Assembly: GCA_965112735.1 (NCBI GenBank)
Contig: OZ218952.1
Location: forward strand, 1,612,001 to 1,676,000
Direction: 5' to 3'
Length of the DNA: 64,000 nucleotides
Source of the DNA: Phaeosaccion multiseriatum
Taxonomy: Eukaryota > Protista > Ochrophyta, other classes
The translations under genes were made by a program, and so were the position numbers. Shown in pieces: positions 29,996 to 42,600 of this stretch; the stretch's first letter is position 1; each line of letters starts with the position of its first letter. The notes below the pieces were generated by a model, which was given only the letters and a program-made list of their open reading frames with translations, was not told where the DNA came from and did no database searches.

Positions 29996-32446
29996 ACCCT
30001 CCCCCTCTGCCCCCTCTTTCCTCTCTACCACCACCCCTCTCTCCCCGCCTCACCTTGTCTATGGACGTCATGATGGCCGACCCCACTACAACCCCATCAG
30101 CAAGCCCCCCCACCTCTGCCACGTGCTCGGGCTTGGAAATGCCAAAGCCCACAGCCAGGGGCCTGTAAAGGGGGGGGGGCGATGCAAGGGGGGGGGTGGG
30201 AGACGGAGGGGGAGGGGAGGGAGAGGCGGGTGATGATGAGGAGGGGCACGGGAGGAGGGGGGAAGGCGGGAGAGGCAGGCAGAGGGTAGGCAAACAACAG
30301 AGGTGAGAGGTGGGTAAAGGCTTGTGGGACACTTGTAGTAACGACGCACTGATCATCATCTTCTCATCCTTCCTTCCTTGTTCTGCAATCATATAGTTGG
30401 TCACGTGTTCCCGTCCTCTTCGTCTTATATCGTGTTCAATAGGGACAGACTTACTTATCCGTCACGGCTCGGATTCGACCGACAAAGTCGCTGAGGCTCG
30501 ACGAAACGCCTTCCCTGGCCCCCGTCACTCCCGTCACGGACACGCAGTAGATGAAGGTATCGGCGGATGACGCCACAAAGGGGAGGCGCTCGTCCTGACA
30601 CCAAGCGACAGAAGAAGTGACAGAATCGAGTCAGTTCGGGTACAGGGTACATAAGGGGCATGTTTGTTTATGTGCTGATGGAGGGGAGGGGAGAGGGGAC
30701 TAGAGAGGGGAGAGGATAAGTAAACCAACCAACCAACCAACCAACCAACCAACCAACAGTGATAAAGTGGAGACGGTTTGGCATGCATGGGGTGTGATGA
30801 GAGGTACTGTTGAGTCCAGCCGGACGTATTCTCTGTTCTCTTGCTCCTTCCTTCCTTCCTTCCTTCCCTTCCCTTCCTTGCCTTACCGTGGTGGTGGGTG
30901 AGACAAGGGGGATGTAGGAGAGTCCCTTGCTGCGGCACTGCACCACGAACTCATTGGCCTCATCGGGGAGAAGGTCCACCACAATGAAACCGTCGCCTCC
31001 AGCCTCCTTCACGTCCTATTATCATGGGAGGAGTCAAACACACACACACACACACAATGACACGTATGTTAGGGAGAGAGGAGAGAGACGGCAGCAGCAG
31101 CAGCGAAGCAGAGGGGAGGGGGGGAGAGAGAGAGAGCAGAGCATGGTAGAGCAGAGCATGGTAGAGCAGAGTGTGGTAGAGCAGAGTATGGTAGAGCAGG
31201 ACCTTCCACCGACCTCCATGAGACGCTCAAGACCGTAAGCAAGGAAGGGGTTGAGGTAGCCCATGAGGATCACGGGAGCCTTGAGGCCCTTTGCTCGGGC
31301 GTCCTTAATGTACTGCAGGCAGTCGCCAAGGTTCACTCCGTTCTTCAGAGCCACCTGATCATGCAAGAGAGTGGATGGAGGAGAGGAGTGTGGATTAGGT
31401 TTGGGGGTTATTGACTGACAGGAATCAACCTAAGAAGTATACGTATGTGGGGGGGAGTAGGTGGCGTTGGTTGGGTAGAGGGTTACTACTAACACAGGGG
31501 GCGGAGGAGGTGAAGCATGTGGAAAGGTCGACCCTCTCCCTCCTCCTCTTCCAAAAGTACGACGCATTCTCCTCTACTCTAGTTCTCCTCTCCCTCGCCA
31601 CCAACGAACCTGATTGGTTAGCTGGATGGTGGCTCCATCAGCCTGCGGGTCAGTGAAGGGCACACCCAGCTCAATGACCTTGGCACCCCCTGCCTCTAGG
31701 GCAAGGAGCAGCTCCACTGTATCGTCCTTCTTGGGGTAGCCTGCCGTCAGGTAGGGGATGAAGGCTGCCTTGCCCGTAGATGCCACTTCGCTGAACACAC
31801 TCTGGATGCGAGACATGCCTCCTGCTGAGGACTGGAAAGACGAGACATTGAGAGCGAGGGAGGTCACAATAAATAGAAAACATCATCAGCAGAGTGATAT
31901 GGTGGACAGGAGGGTAGAGGACATTAGCAAGAAGGTCTTGTGTTGGCGTGATGGTACGTGTTCACTGCTGGCAGAGGATAAGGCACAGGAAAGCAGGGCC
32001 TTACGCTGTATCCTTACCGCCATGTTGCTCGTAGCGTCCGCCTCAGTACTAGCCAGCCTCAAGGAGCCAACTGCTGCTCTGTCTCTTCTGCTGACCTTGC
32101 CAAAAGACGAGAAGCTCCTTCCTCCTGCTCCTGTTCCTGCTGGAGCGTTCTTTGTGGCTACCGCGGAGATCACTCGGTGTCTGTGTCTCACAGCGACGGG
32201 AAGGACACGCGAGACTGTGTGCGTTAAACATGCGAGGAAGATGCAGTGCAAACCGAGAGAGGATGAGAGAAGAACCGTCAGAGAGACAGAGAAATGGGGG
32301 GGGGGAGGAACGTATGTGTAAGACTTGCTTCTTCTTCTTTACCCAACTGCGTCACGGTGTTCCCTCTTACCTTGGAAGGCGGAGGAGAAGCCAAGGAGGC
32401 AGCACACAGTAACGATCGAAGTAGCAGTCGTGGCGATCGGGGCCAT
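25795..32446 (-). CDS. trpAB: Fused tryptophan synthase alpha+beta, plastid-targeted; about 15 exons, 3' terminal exon not resolved
   Basis: Exon 1 (32446-32371) is a signal peptide [25 protein letters not shown]; exon 2 (32214-32018) is transit-like. Alpha exons (31831-30054) contain [62 protein letters not shown]. Linker exons run in frame into beta: [28 protein letters not shown] (PLP Lys), [54 protein letters not shown]. Confidence 0.95.
27992..28080. repeat. Degenerate 14-bp intronic minisatellite (ggacacgtcagagg-like)
   Basis: ggacacgtcagagg/gacacattagagg/gacacgtcggagg/gacacctcagaagg within a TrpAB intron. Confidence 0.65.
31134..31199. repeat. 15-bp intronic minisatellite (gcagagcatggtaga x4)
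   Basis: Four units with 1-2 substitutions, in a TrpAB intron. Confidence 0.85.
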
Positions 32447-33376
32447 TACCAAGGGTTGACGAGGTGTGAACGGTGGGAGCAAGCCTTATGAGGAGGCTTC
32501 CACCCCGGGAAATAATTCATTGACTTCCATGTGACTGACAATCTCACTCTCTCTCTCTCTCTTGCCCCCCGTGGGTCGACGTGGGCACTGCACTTTCCCG
32601 GTGAACTCGCCCTCAGTCTTGCGATACGATGGTGCCGAACACAGGAAGGTAGCCCACGTGCGTTGGAGCGAGCAAGCGACGTGGTCGGCAAGAAGAGCAT
32701 TGGATCATTGGAGTGTTGAGTGTTGTGGATGATGGGGGGGGGGAAGTTTGCCCCTCGCTCTGAGCCCAGCAAAAGGGGCGGCTGGGAGAGGAGTGGATGC
32801 AGCAGCATCAGGGGCAGCCAGTGCCAGTGCCGTGTGGGTAATGATCGTGGTCATGCCACATACTCACATACCCACCATCGCCATTCCTCTCGCGAGCCTC
32901 TCAAGCAAAGGAAGGGCCTTGGGCTGACTCAGGCGATCAGGCACTCAGTCACAAGAAGGGTCCGTCCGTCCGTCCGTCTGTCTGTCCCAACAACTGTCGC
33001 CACCTCCCACCAACACCCCCCCTTGCTTGGCCCTTGAGCCATGAATCTTGGAGCTTGGACCGTGGATCCAAAAGGAAGCCTCGAAGGATCGAAGTCTCGC
33101 GCCATCTCAGCGTACTATGTGTGGGCATTGTTTGAGATCGTCCAGCATTGGCGACGCCATGAAGGACCACTCGGGGCCATTGTGAGATGAGTCAGGACGA
33201 CTTGTTCGGGCAAAAGCAGTCCAAGCACCGCACCGACCGTTGCAATGGCATCTTTGTGACCCCGCCCTGCATGCCCTGTCCTCCACCCCTGTCCTCCACC
33301 CCTGTCACTCTTTGTGGACGACTCGCACATGTCGAGCTTCCAGCCAGGCCTCCTCCTCTCGCCTCGTCAGACTCTG

Positions 33377-33918
33377 TTACAGATCTCCCTCCCTGCTGCT
33401 GCCCTGCTGCGGTGCCTCCCCCTTGTCGAGTGAGTGGAGTGTCTCGAGCAACATTTCTCGAGAAGGGGCCGTGAAGCGCTCCTCCGTCTTCTTCAGCACC
33501 ACGTGATAGTCCTTGTGCAGCACCTCCAGCTGACCCCCACATGCCTGTGGTTCAAGTTCATAAGGCAACGAAAGAAGGGTCAAGAGACCAATTAAAGCTG
33601 AGGGATCATTAGCTAAGGGAAGAGATGAGGCGGGAGGGATGGGAACGTCATGGGGGTGCGTATTCCATTCCGAGACTAGGCAAGCGTACTCGAGAACTCC
33701 CTCTCTCTCTCTCTCCTTGCACCACCTCTGAGAGTCCTCGGTGGGGAAGGAGCGAATGAGCGTGGGGGAGGTCTTACTACTGTCAGTGTCTCCTTCTCTC
33801 CTTACATTGAGCAGGACATCTACGCCCGCCCGAGTGGAGGGAGAGGTGGGGCCGTCGCCTTGTGCTCCCCATTCGTAGTCATCAAACATCATCAAGCCTA
33901 CACCGTGTCGTCAGAGCC

Positions 33919-33953
<35 letters not shown>

Positions 33954-35272
33954 TGGTGATACAATCAAAATGATGACGGCAAGGAAGGGGAAGGGAACAT
34001 GAGACGGGGCGGCGCGGTCTTGACCAGTGAATGGGCGAGAATGGGAATGGTCTCTGCTCCTTCGTTGCAGCCCAGCCCCCTCCCCCGCCCCCGAAATCAC
34101 ACACACCACACACACACGCATGCATACACACATACACACACACACCTCCAGGCTTGAGCAAGCGGAAGGCGAGAAGAGCGTCGGACGCGACATCATACAT
34201 CTCGTGTGAACCATCGATATACACCACATCGAAGCTGCTTGGGAGCAAGCAGGGCAGGGCAGGGGAGAGGGGAGAAGAGGGATGAAGTAGAGGGGGGAGG
34301 GAAGGGGGAAGAGGGGGCTCCGTTGGAAGGCCAAAACGAAGCGAAAGGAAAGAGATGCAGGAAGAGACGGATAGATAGGTTCATGGATGCGCCCCAGGGC
34401 AGGCAGTGCTATTGCACTGTTGCACCTTTCCTCCCGTGGGCATCACGCGACTCTGTGAGACTCCGACAGGCTATTGTCTTTATTTATTTATTTATTTATT
34501 GTCAACACTCACCTTTTGGGTTCCTCCTGCGCGATGAGAGAGGCGAGCGCATGCTGAGAGTCTCCCCTGAGTGCGCGGATAGAGCCGGCTCGACCGCTAC
34601 CCTTCTGCCGCTCCATGTTGTGTGCGAAGCGCTCTCGAACGCTGTTCATATTGAGCCCGGCCTCCTGATGCTCCACGCCTCCCTCCCACGAGTCGATGCA
34701 CACAAGCTCGCTTAGCTGAGAGAATGAGAGGAGCAAGTTGGTAAAGGAGTTTTGGGGGGAGAGGGGGGACGGGTGGGGGTGGTGAGGGCTTTGTGGGCAC
34801 TAGATTTCCCTCCAGCTCCAGACGGTATGGTCGCATGTCTTTCACGACTCACCGGGTGTCGGAGCATGTGCTGCGCCAACCACACCGAGCTGCCTCCCTC
34901 AAAGCTTCCCACTTCCAGCACAGACAGCGGGACGGACAGCGCCTCCGCACGGTGCGCGAGGGGCAAGAAGAACGCCTCAAAGAGACGCACAGCGCCGTTC
35001 TCTTCGAAGAAGTAGTGCGTCCTCCATAGGCCTTCTCTCTCGGCCTGCACCTGCGCCAGTAGAGCAGACTCGCAGCGATCCCTTTGGCCCACTATCCCTT
35101 GCCTGTCACACCATTCGGTCACGGCCTTCTTTGTCTCTCCATGGCCTACGTCCTGGGGAACTTCAAAGCTCGCGATGCGCCCATCAACCTGGATCTCCAG
35201 CCTCAGAGGAGCAGATGCAGCAACCGTAGTGATTATGACAAAGAAAAAAAGGATGATTCCCCATCTTGACAT
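33377..35272 (-). CDS. Secreted class I SAM-dependent methyltransferase (Methyltransf_24-like), ~323 aa
   Basis: Exons 35272-34853, 34715-34513, 34234-34146, 33897-33806, 33544-33377 sum to 972 nt in frame. Signal peptide MSRWGIILFFFVIITTVAASA; motifs VLEVGSFEGGSSVW, LVCIDSW, FDVVYIDGSH, LLKPGGLMMFDDYEW. Confidence 0.88.
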
Positions 35273-35491
35273 GAGAAAAACTGTAGCCCTAAGAAAGGAA
35301 GAGACCTAGGAGGGGAAGGCGATGAAGGGAAGATGCTGAGGAGGGAGAAGAGGATAGAAAGGAAGGTGGCATGAGGGTGGTAATCGATTCGGTAATCGAG
35401 GTTAGGCCGCCTTCGGATCACTCACTTGTTGACATAATTTTGTGCCGCCAGTTTCAAGCGTGCATCAATTCCTGCTTGCTTCCTCTAGGTC
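35273..35491. promoter_or_regulatory. Putative bidirectional promoter (methyltransferase / TPR protein)
   Basis: 219 bp between divergent ATGs. Confidence 0.45.
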
Positions 35492-37024
35492 ATGGCCGTG
35501 GATGCCTCTCTGTCGGTGGGAGGAACGAGGGGAGAGAAAAATGAAGACCCCTCTTCTCCGGGGGCTACCGCAGGTGACGAGCAAGTCCCTATCAGCAAGT
35601 CGCACCTTCTCGATAGATACGTAGGTCAAGGAAGGGGGAAGGGCAGGGCAAGCCAGAGGAAATGGGCTGCAGAAGGAGGAGGGACTCCAGGGAAGCAGGA
35701 GGGAGAACTAGTCTCGCCAATAACAGCAACGCGAGACGAAAGGGAAGAAGGGAAAGTCCGATTATTGCCAGGCAGGTTGCGAATTCCGGCGCTGCCAGAC
35801 CATCAGCCCTACGGGCCCCACAGCGCCCGAATGTTCCACCGTGCCGCTTCAAGGCGCATCTTGACTGCGGGAGGGGGAGACGGAAAGTATGTGCCAAGGC
35901 CACCGGACGGTGCTGTGGCTCCGAGGACCTCAAACCAGCCTGGATATCAAGAAGAGGAGGGAGGAGGAGGAGGAGGAGGAGGAGGAGGAGGAGGAGGAGG
36001 AGGAGGACGAGGACGAGGAGGAGGAGGAGGAGGAGGAGGAGCAGGAGCCCAAGACTCGCTGAACAAGTATGAGCGCGCTCGTCTGCCTGTGCGTGTCATG
36101 GTGGACGGTCCCAAGTCTTGCTTTGCTCAGATCCTCTACGGGAGGGGAGATGGAGAGGACGAGTACAGCACCTTTGTGCGCAGCTTGGGGAAAGGAGTAG
36201 GGGGCGATCGTCGTGCACGGCGGAACCGCTCCTCACCACAGAGAGGAGGCTCCGGAGAAAGGACTCGGAGTGCCGAGGGGGGTGTGCATGTCTCCCAGAC
36301 GCTGTCGGCCTTGGAGTTCTTCCGGCTCTTCTACGGCTTGACGGACAACCGAATGACTCTCGCGGATTTGGTGGAGAAATGGCTGGAGCACAGCAGCACT
36401 GATTTCGTCGATAACCCCCCTTGCACGGCTGCGGGCGCGAGCAGCAGTAGCACTGGTGGCCGGAGCTGCAACAACAACAACAACAACAACAACAACAACG
36501 CACGTGATGACTCGACTTGCAACAAGGGTGAGCAGCAGAGGCTCATGGACCAGGCCTCCTTCCTCAAGGCCTTCCACGAGCTGGGGGAGAAGAAGTGCAG
36601 CAATCTGGCCGATGGCAGCGGGAAAAGACACGACAGAGAGTTTCTCAGACACGTCTATCCGTTCGTGCAGCTAGTCTCTGGGGCTGCCGCTGCCCACGGT
36701 GGCGGCGGCACAGGACGAGGCAACGGCCCCAACGGCCTCAACACGACGAGTCTTGTTGGGGTGGCGGGAGGACAGGCGAGAGGCTTAGGAGGGGGAGATG
36801 GAGTGGCGGTATACGGCCAAGTGGGATTCATGCTGAGGGTTGAGGTGGCGGAGTTCCTGGCTGGACAACACACCTTTGCCAGCAAGAGGTTGTTTGCGGC
36901 CAACTGCTTCGACAGCAAGGCGGCCTTGGCACATCGGCGGAAGAGAGAGCGCGCCGCTGCGGCAGCGGCAGCAGCAGCTGTGGCAGCGGCGGTAACGGCG
37001 GCATCGGAGGCGGAGGCAGCAGCA

Positions 37025-37071
<47 letters not shown>

Positions 37072-39020
37072 TCAAGAAGGCATGGTGGTGGAGGGGGACG
37101 GCGCAGACAGTTCCGATACAGCAGCAGCAAGAGAAAAAGTAGCCGCAGAGAAAGCAGCAGTAGCAGCAGCGGCGGCTTCAGCAGCAGCTTCAGCGACAGC
37201 AGCAGCAGAAGAGAGTAGAGCCCCTCGCTCTCCGTGGGATCAAGTCGTGTCGAGCAACGCTGGATTGAGTTGGGTGGAGTGGTTGGGCGTGGCTGCAGGT
37301 GGCGGCCTCAGACAAGGCTTGTGTACTATCGCGGAGTTACGGAGGGCCTTCGAGGCGGCTAGAGACTTGCCGTTCCGGCCGTCAGGGTCACAACCACGCC
37401 TTCCGAAGCGGTTGGTGGTACAGCAGAGACCGGAGGTTGCGACCCACGACGGGTTTGGGGAAGAGGGGGCAGACGCGGAGGAGGGGGCGGAGGGGGCGGA
37501 TGGGGGGGAGGAGGAAGGAGGGCTGGGGTACCCTCAGTTCCTTGAAGCTCTGGCGCTACTTTCTCAGTACGTGGCATCAAGGCTCCGAGAAGCATACCCT
37601 ACCATAGCTGGTCCACCACCGACCTCACCGCCGGGGGGGAGGGAGGGGGAGAACATCTGGGCCTCCAGCCCTGGGGAGAGGAGTAAGGAGAGGCGCTCTT
37701 CCTCCTTCTCCTCTTCTTCTTCTCACACAGGAGGAGACTTGACGAGGTTGAAGAAAGCAGCGGTGAGAGGAGGAGGAGGAGGGCAGTGTGAAGACGGCGT
37801 CCCTCCGGAGGAAGGGGTTACTCAAGCAGGAGGCGTGGGGGGGAACATCGACAGAAACCGAAGGGGGAAGGGGAAGGGGGCACGGCAGACGGGGGGTGAG
37901 CTGCCGGTGGGCCTGGGGGGAGCGGTGCAGCAGGAGGGGCACGAGGGGCAGGAGGGGCAGGAGGGGCAGTCAGCGCCGAACGAGGAGGAGGTCGCAAGAC
38001 AAAGCTTTCAATTGGGACCGCTCAAGGTGGGTGTGGTGTGACAACAGAACAAGAGAACAAGAGAACAAGAGAAAAAGAAACTATTTGTATTACTCTGGCT
38101 CCCTTTCCTCTCCCTCTCTCTTCTCTCTTCCTTCACTCCGCGGGCTGAGATCTTTGTCGGATCAGAGTCAAAGAGGATTCAAAGAAAGAGGACGAGAAGG
38201 GCGAGATGGCGATGGCGCGCTGCTCATTCTATGGACTACTTGTGCTTGTTTGTGCTTGTTCACTCCGTCGAAGAGTCTTGCCCACCAATCAGTAACTCTA
38301 CCCTACCCTACCCTATCCTACCCGATCCTACTCACACACACGCGTGCACACACACGTACACACACATATACACACACACATATACACACACACATACACA
38401 CACACACACACAAACACAGGCCCTCTTCTTCCACCTACGCCAATCGGTAAAGTACACGGAGGGCGAGGGGGAGGAGGACGACGACGACGACGACGAGGAG
38501 GAGGAGGAGGAGGAGAAGGAGAAGGAGGAGAAGGCAGTGGATGGGGCGGGTGGTGCACTGGCAGCAGCGAAAGCAGCAGCAAGGCGGCGGCGCGGACGCT
38601 CCAATAACAGCAACCACAGACGTGAGCAAGAGCGACGGGGGAGGGGAAGGAGGACGAGAGGACAGGCAGGGGGAGGAGGAGGAGAAGAAGGGGCCCTGTC
38701 TTTCTCTCCCTCCGTTTCTCCGACAGCGACATGGGGGCGAAGAAGCAAGAGCGGTGGCCGCAGGAGGGGGGGAGAGAAGCAAGGAATGGCACTGTATGGC
38801 CGTGCGCACCACTTGCTGGAAGAGGAGGAGGGGGAGGAGGGGGAGGATGATGATATTGATGATGAGGATCATGTCTTCGAGTATGAAGATGGCGACGACG
38901 ACGACGACGACGAAGATGACCAACTCCGATGGCAAGACGAGCGGCGGCGGCAGAGGAGGGGACACAAAGGCAGACGAGAAGACGAAGACGACGACAAAGA
39001 GGATCATGATGATGATGGCA

Positions 39021-39054
<34 letters not shown>

Positions 39055-41918
39055 CGATGATGATGATGACGATGATGATGGACAAGGCGATGGCGAGGGA
39101 GGATCAGCAGGGGGGGGCTGGGGGGGGCGACCTGCGACGGGGGTAACGTCCTTAGTTAGCTCCGCGAGGGCCGTGAGCGCGGTCCGAGAGCGGTTGCTGA
39201 GCACTCTTGGCGACAGGCGGGAGGAGGAGGAGGAGGACGAGTTGGTGCTACGGCGGGAGGGACCGCCGCTCGACTTGGAGCAGATGAGAATAGATGTGTT
39301 AGAGGGCATGGTCACTGGCAGCAGCAGCGGTGCCCAGGGGGGCAGAGGTCATATAGGAGGCGATGCAGGTGCTGCTGTATCACCAACTGCTGTATCACAA
39401 ACTGCTACTGCCGATGGTGTGCACAGGGGGTTCGGGTCTGTTGGCCGTCGGATCATCCGGCCCGAAGGTAACTCCTCCTCCTCCTCCTCGTCCTCGTATC
39501 TGATGGGCGTGGGACAGCGGGCGCTCTTTGCACGACTGACCAAGGCCCTTGACCGGCACGAAGAGGCAGAGGGCATGATTGCGAGCCTTAGCGGCGAGAC
39601 GCTGCGCAGCGGTGGCACTGAGGACCGATTCAGCCACGCGGGGACGTGCAACCTTGAGGTGAGATCCTCGGGAGGGGTGAGGGGGTGGAGGGGCTGGGGG
39701 GTGGAGCTGTGTGCGTATGTGTGTACGTCTGTAGAAGCTTACCCTCCCCCTCCCCTTCCCTCCCCTCCCCTCCCCTCTCCTCCCCTCTCCTGCTCTCGCC
39801 TCCCCTCCTCAGCCCGCCATTCGAGGCTTGGGGGGAAGTTCGCTGTTCCGCTCCGTGGTGATGAAGGAGATGCTCCCCATCCCCTTCCACGCCCCGCCCG
39901 ATGTTGCTCTACAGCTAGAAAGCGCCCTCTCGCATCACCAGGTACGTAAGGGTACGTAAGGGTATGTAAGCTTAGAAGGTAGAGGAGGGCATCACCAGGT
40001 ATGTAAGCTTAGAAGGTAGAGGAGGGCAAACGTAAAAGCAAGTGTCGAACCAGACTCGACACATAGGATGATGATAGAGCAAAGCTCATCATAGGATCAG
40101 GGAGAGGGAGAGGGAGGCACGGCCGCAGCAGCGAGGCGAAAAACATGTGGCAAGCCAAAGGCAACGCCGGCTATTGTCCTTGGTTACGACGATGGGTTTC
40201 TGTGCCGATGTGGTGCCCCCCCCCCCCTCGAAAATACGACGACGATTTTGAAAGGGAAAAGAAAGGAAAAGGGAAGGAAGGGTTCACGACACGCCTCCTC
40301 GATTTTAATTCGAGTCCCCCCCCTTTTTATTTCGCACCCACAGGAGGGCCGCTTCGAGTGGGCTATCAAACTCTACGACGCCGCAGGCCGGTTGTGGCGC
40401 ACTTTGGAGGCAGAAGCCAGGGCAGAGGAGGCCGAGGCTGAATTCCCAACAGCTGGGGCTGGGGCCGGGGCGAACAGGGCGAGAGATGGTCAAGACACTC
40501 TGGCCGGTGGGTATGGAGCAGCGAGAGCAGCAGCACAAGTACGAACAAGAGGGGCAGGAGGAGCAGGAGGAGCAGCGGCGAAGGGCAAGGAGGCGAGCAA
40601 GGAGGTCGGGATGTCGATGCCGACAACGCCTATGACGTCACATCTTAGCCTCGACCCCGCAGACGAGGCGTACCTGCTCTTGTGCAGGGCCAGCGTGAAA
40701 CAGTCCGCAGGGAGGGATAAGGAGAGCCTCGACTTGTTGCTGTGTGCCGACGAGCACGCAAGGACCTTTCCTGATACGGACTTTCATCGCGCGCTGCAGG
40801 CCTCGCTGCTCAGCGAGATGGGACTCGTTAGCTACTACTGCTCCAGGTGGGTGGGTGGGTGGGTGCGTGGGTGGGTGCGCGCGTGGTTCGGTGGGCGAAG
40901 CAAAGAGAGAGGCCACGGGAGGCGGAGGCGGAAAGCACACACACACACACAGGACACGCACACACACAGGACACACACACACACGCACACACACGCACAC
41001 ACACACACACACACACGCACACACACACCGCCCTACTCCGCCCCCATCAACGCAACCCCCCCCCAGGTACTCCCTTGCCCAACGTGCCTTCGGGTCCGCC
41101 TTCCGCCTCCGCCACCTCACCTTTGGCCTCAGCCACGCCGACACCGCCGCTGCCCTCAACGGCGTAGGTGCTGTGTACGACTCGGTAGGCCGGACGGAGG
41201 CGGCTCGAGCGGCCTTCACCTTGGCAGCGAGACAGTTGGGGCAGAGCCTGGGGCCTCATCATCCGCGTACCATGGCCGTGAGGAGGAACCTCGAGACCGT
41301 TCGGAGGAAGCACGTGCGTGTGGGAGTGTGTTTAAACTGAGGCGCCCAGTGGTCTGGAGCCTGCCTGCCTCTCTGGAGTCTTCCTGCCTACCTGACTACC
41401 ATCTGTACTGTGCTGCGCTGCTCTGATGCACCCCCCTCTCTTCTCACAACTCTCCTCCCCTCCCTTCCCTTCCCCTCCGCTCCCCTCCCCTCCCCTCCCC
41501 TCCTTTTTCTACACTGCACGACACTGGAACACTCGCTTTGCCCTCCCTCCCTCCCTCCACCACCCTCACTGTACGCTCTCACAATACACACATACTGCAT
41601 ACGTGTGCATACGTGTGTGTATCAATGTGAATTTCGCTTCTTGCCTGCTTTCCGTCCTCTGTTCTCTCCTCACAGGCCTCTGTGGGCGGGGGCTGGGGTG
41701 GTGGCGTGTCGGACGACGTGGTGGAGGGCGTATCGGGCATGGCCACCTACCTCTACACGGACAGTAACCAAGCAGCAGCTGTCATCCCGGGGGACTTTAC
41801 CATCAAGTGTAGTCTTCCCGCCAAGAAGAAGGCCAAGAAGAGGGGGAGGAAGGGGCGCAAGGGGGGCAAGGGGGGGAAGAAGCGAAAGAGTGGCAGCAAG
41901 GCCAAGAAGAAGAAGTAG
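35492..41918 (+). CDS. Large low-complexity protein with C-terminal TPR repeats and Lys-rich tail, function unknown
   Basis: Exons 35492-38026, 38420-39658, 39915-39941 (27-nt microexon LESALSHHQ), 40344-40846, 41067-41313, 41676-41918. TPR-like HADTAAALNGVGAVY...LGPHHPRTMAVRRNL; tail KKKAKKRGRKGRKGGKGGKKRKSGSKAKKKK. Confidence 0.7.
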
Positions 41919-42166
41919 AAGGCCACAAGCAGCATCGTACATAGTGAGATGAGAAGAGAAGAGAAGAGAAGGAAGAAAAAGACCGAGAAGAAGAAGCGAG
42001 AGCCTGCGAGCCTGACTGTCATGAAGCAAGCATGTGATATGAATGCTTAGACGGCGTCGGTATCTGAAGAAGAAGGATGTGCATTATCTTGACTTGGCTA
42101 GCTAGTCGTACATAGCTAGTCATGTGAATCATCAGTGGTGACACTAGATAGATCCTCATCATTCAC

Positions 42167-42561
42167 TCAAGCAGGGGTGCGTGTGCGTTCCCCTGGCACC
42201 AGCGGTGTCCCCCAGCAGGCAGAGTCCACGCGGCCCTTGCCCGTGGATACAGAAGAGGAGGAGGAACGCCCCACCCCCAAAGCACATGCCTTGGGTATGC
42301 GGTCTCCTGCTGGTCCTCCTGCTGCCGCTGCTGCTGCTGCTAGTGCTGCTGCTGCTGCTCCTGCTGCTGCCCTGCTGCCGCCGTAGTAGTTGTAACCCAA
42401 TTTCAAACTGGGATTTCGTTCGAGGGAGGGACCTCCCGGGCGATGAGATCCCAACCCCGGGGGGCTAGCAGCGGTGCTGTCCCAGCTGAGGGGGCTCGAG
42501 AAGAGCGACTGCGGAACGCCACATACATACACACACACACAGACACACATACACACACACA

Positions 42562-42600
<39 letters not shown>

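Noticed and set aside
18715-31200. Short spaced repeats considered as CRISPR-like arrays (18718-18750, 18828-18870, 19524-19577, 27130-27190, 27992-28080, 31134-31199)
   Set aside because: Tandem minisatellites or local duplications with no unique spacers and no cas genes, in a eukaryotic context.
23373-32446. ispF next to trpAB as a bacterial operon, HGT block or contaminant
   Set aside because: Both have spliceosomal introns and plastid presequences, and they are convergent.
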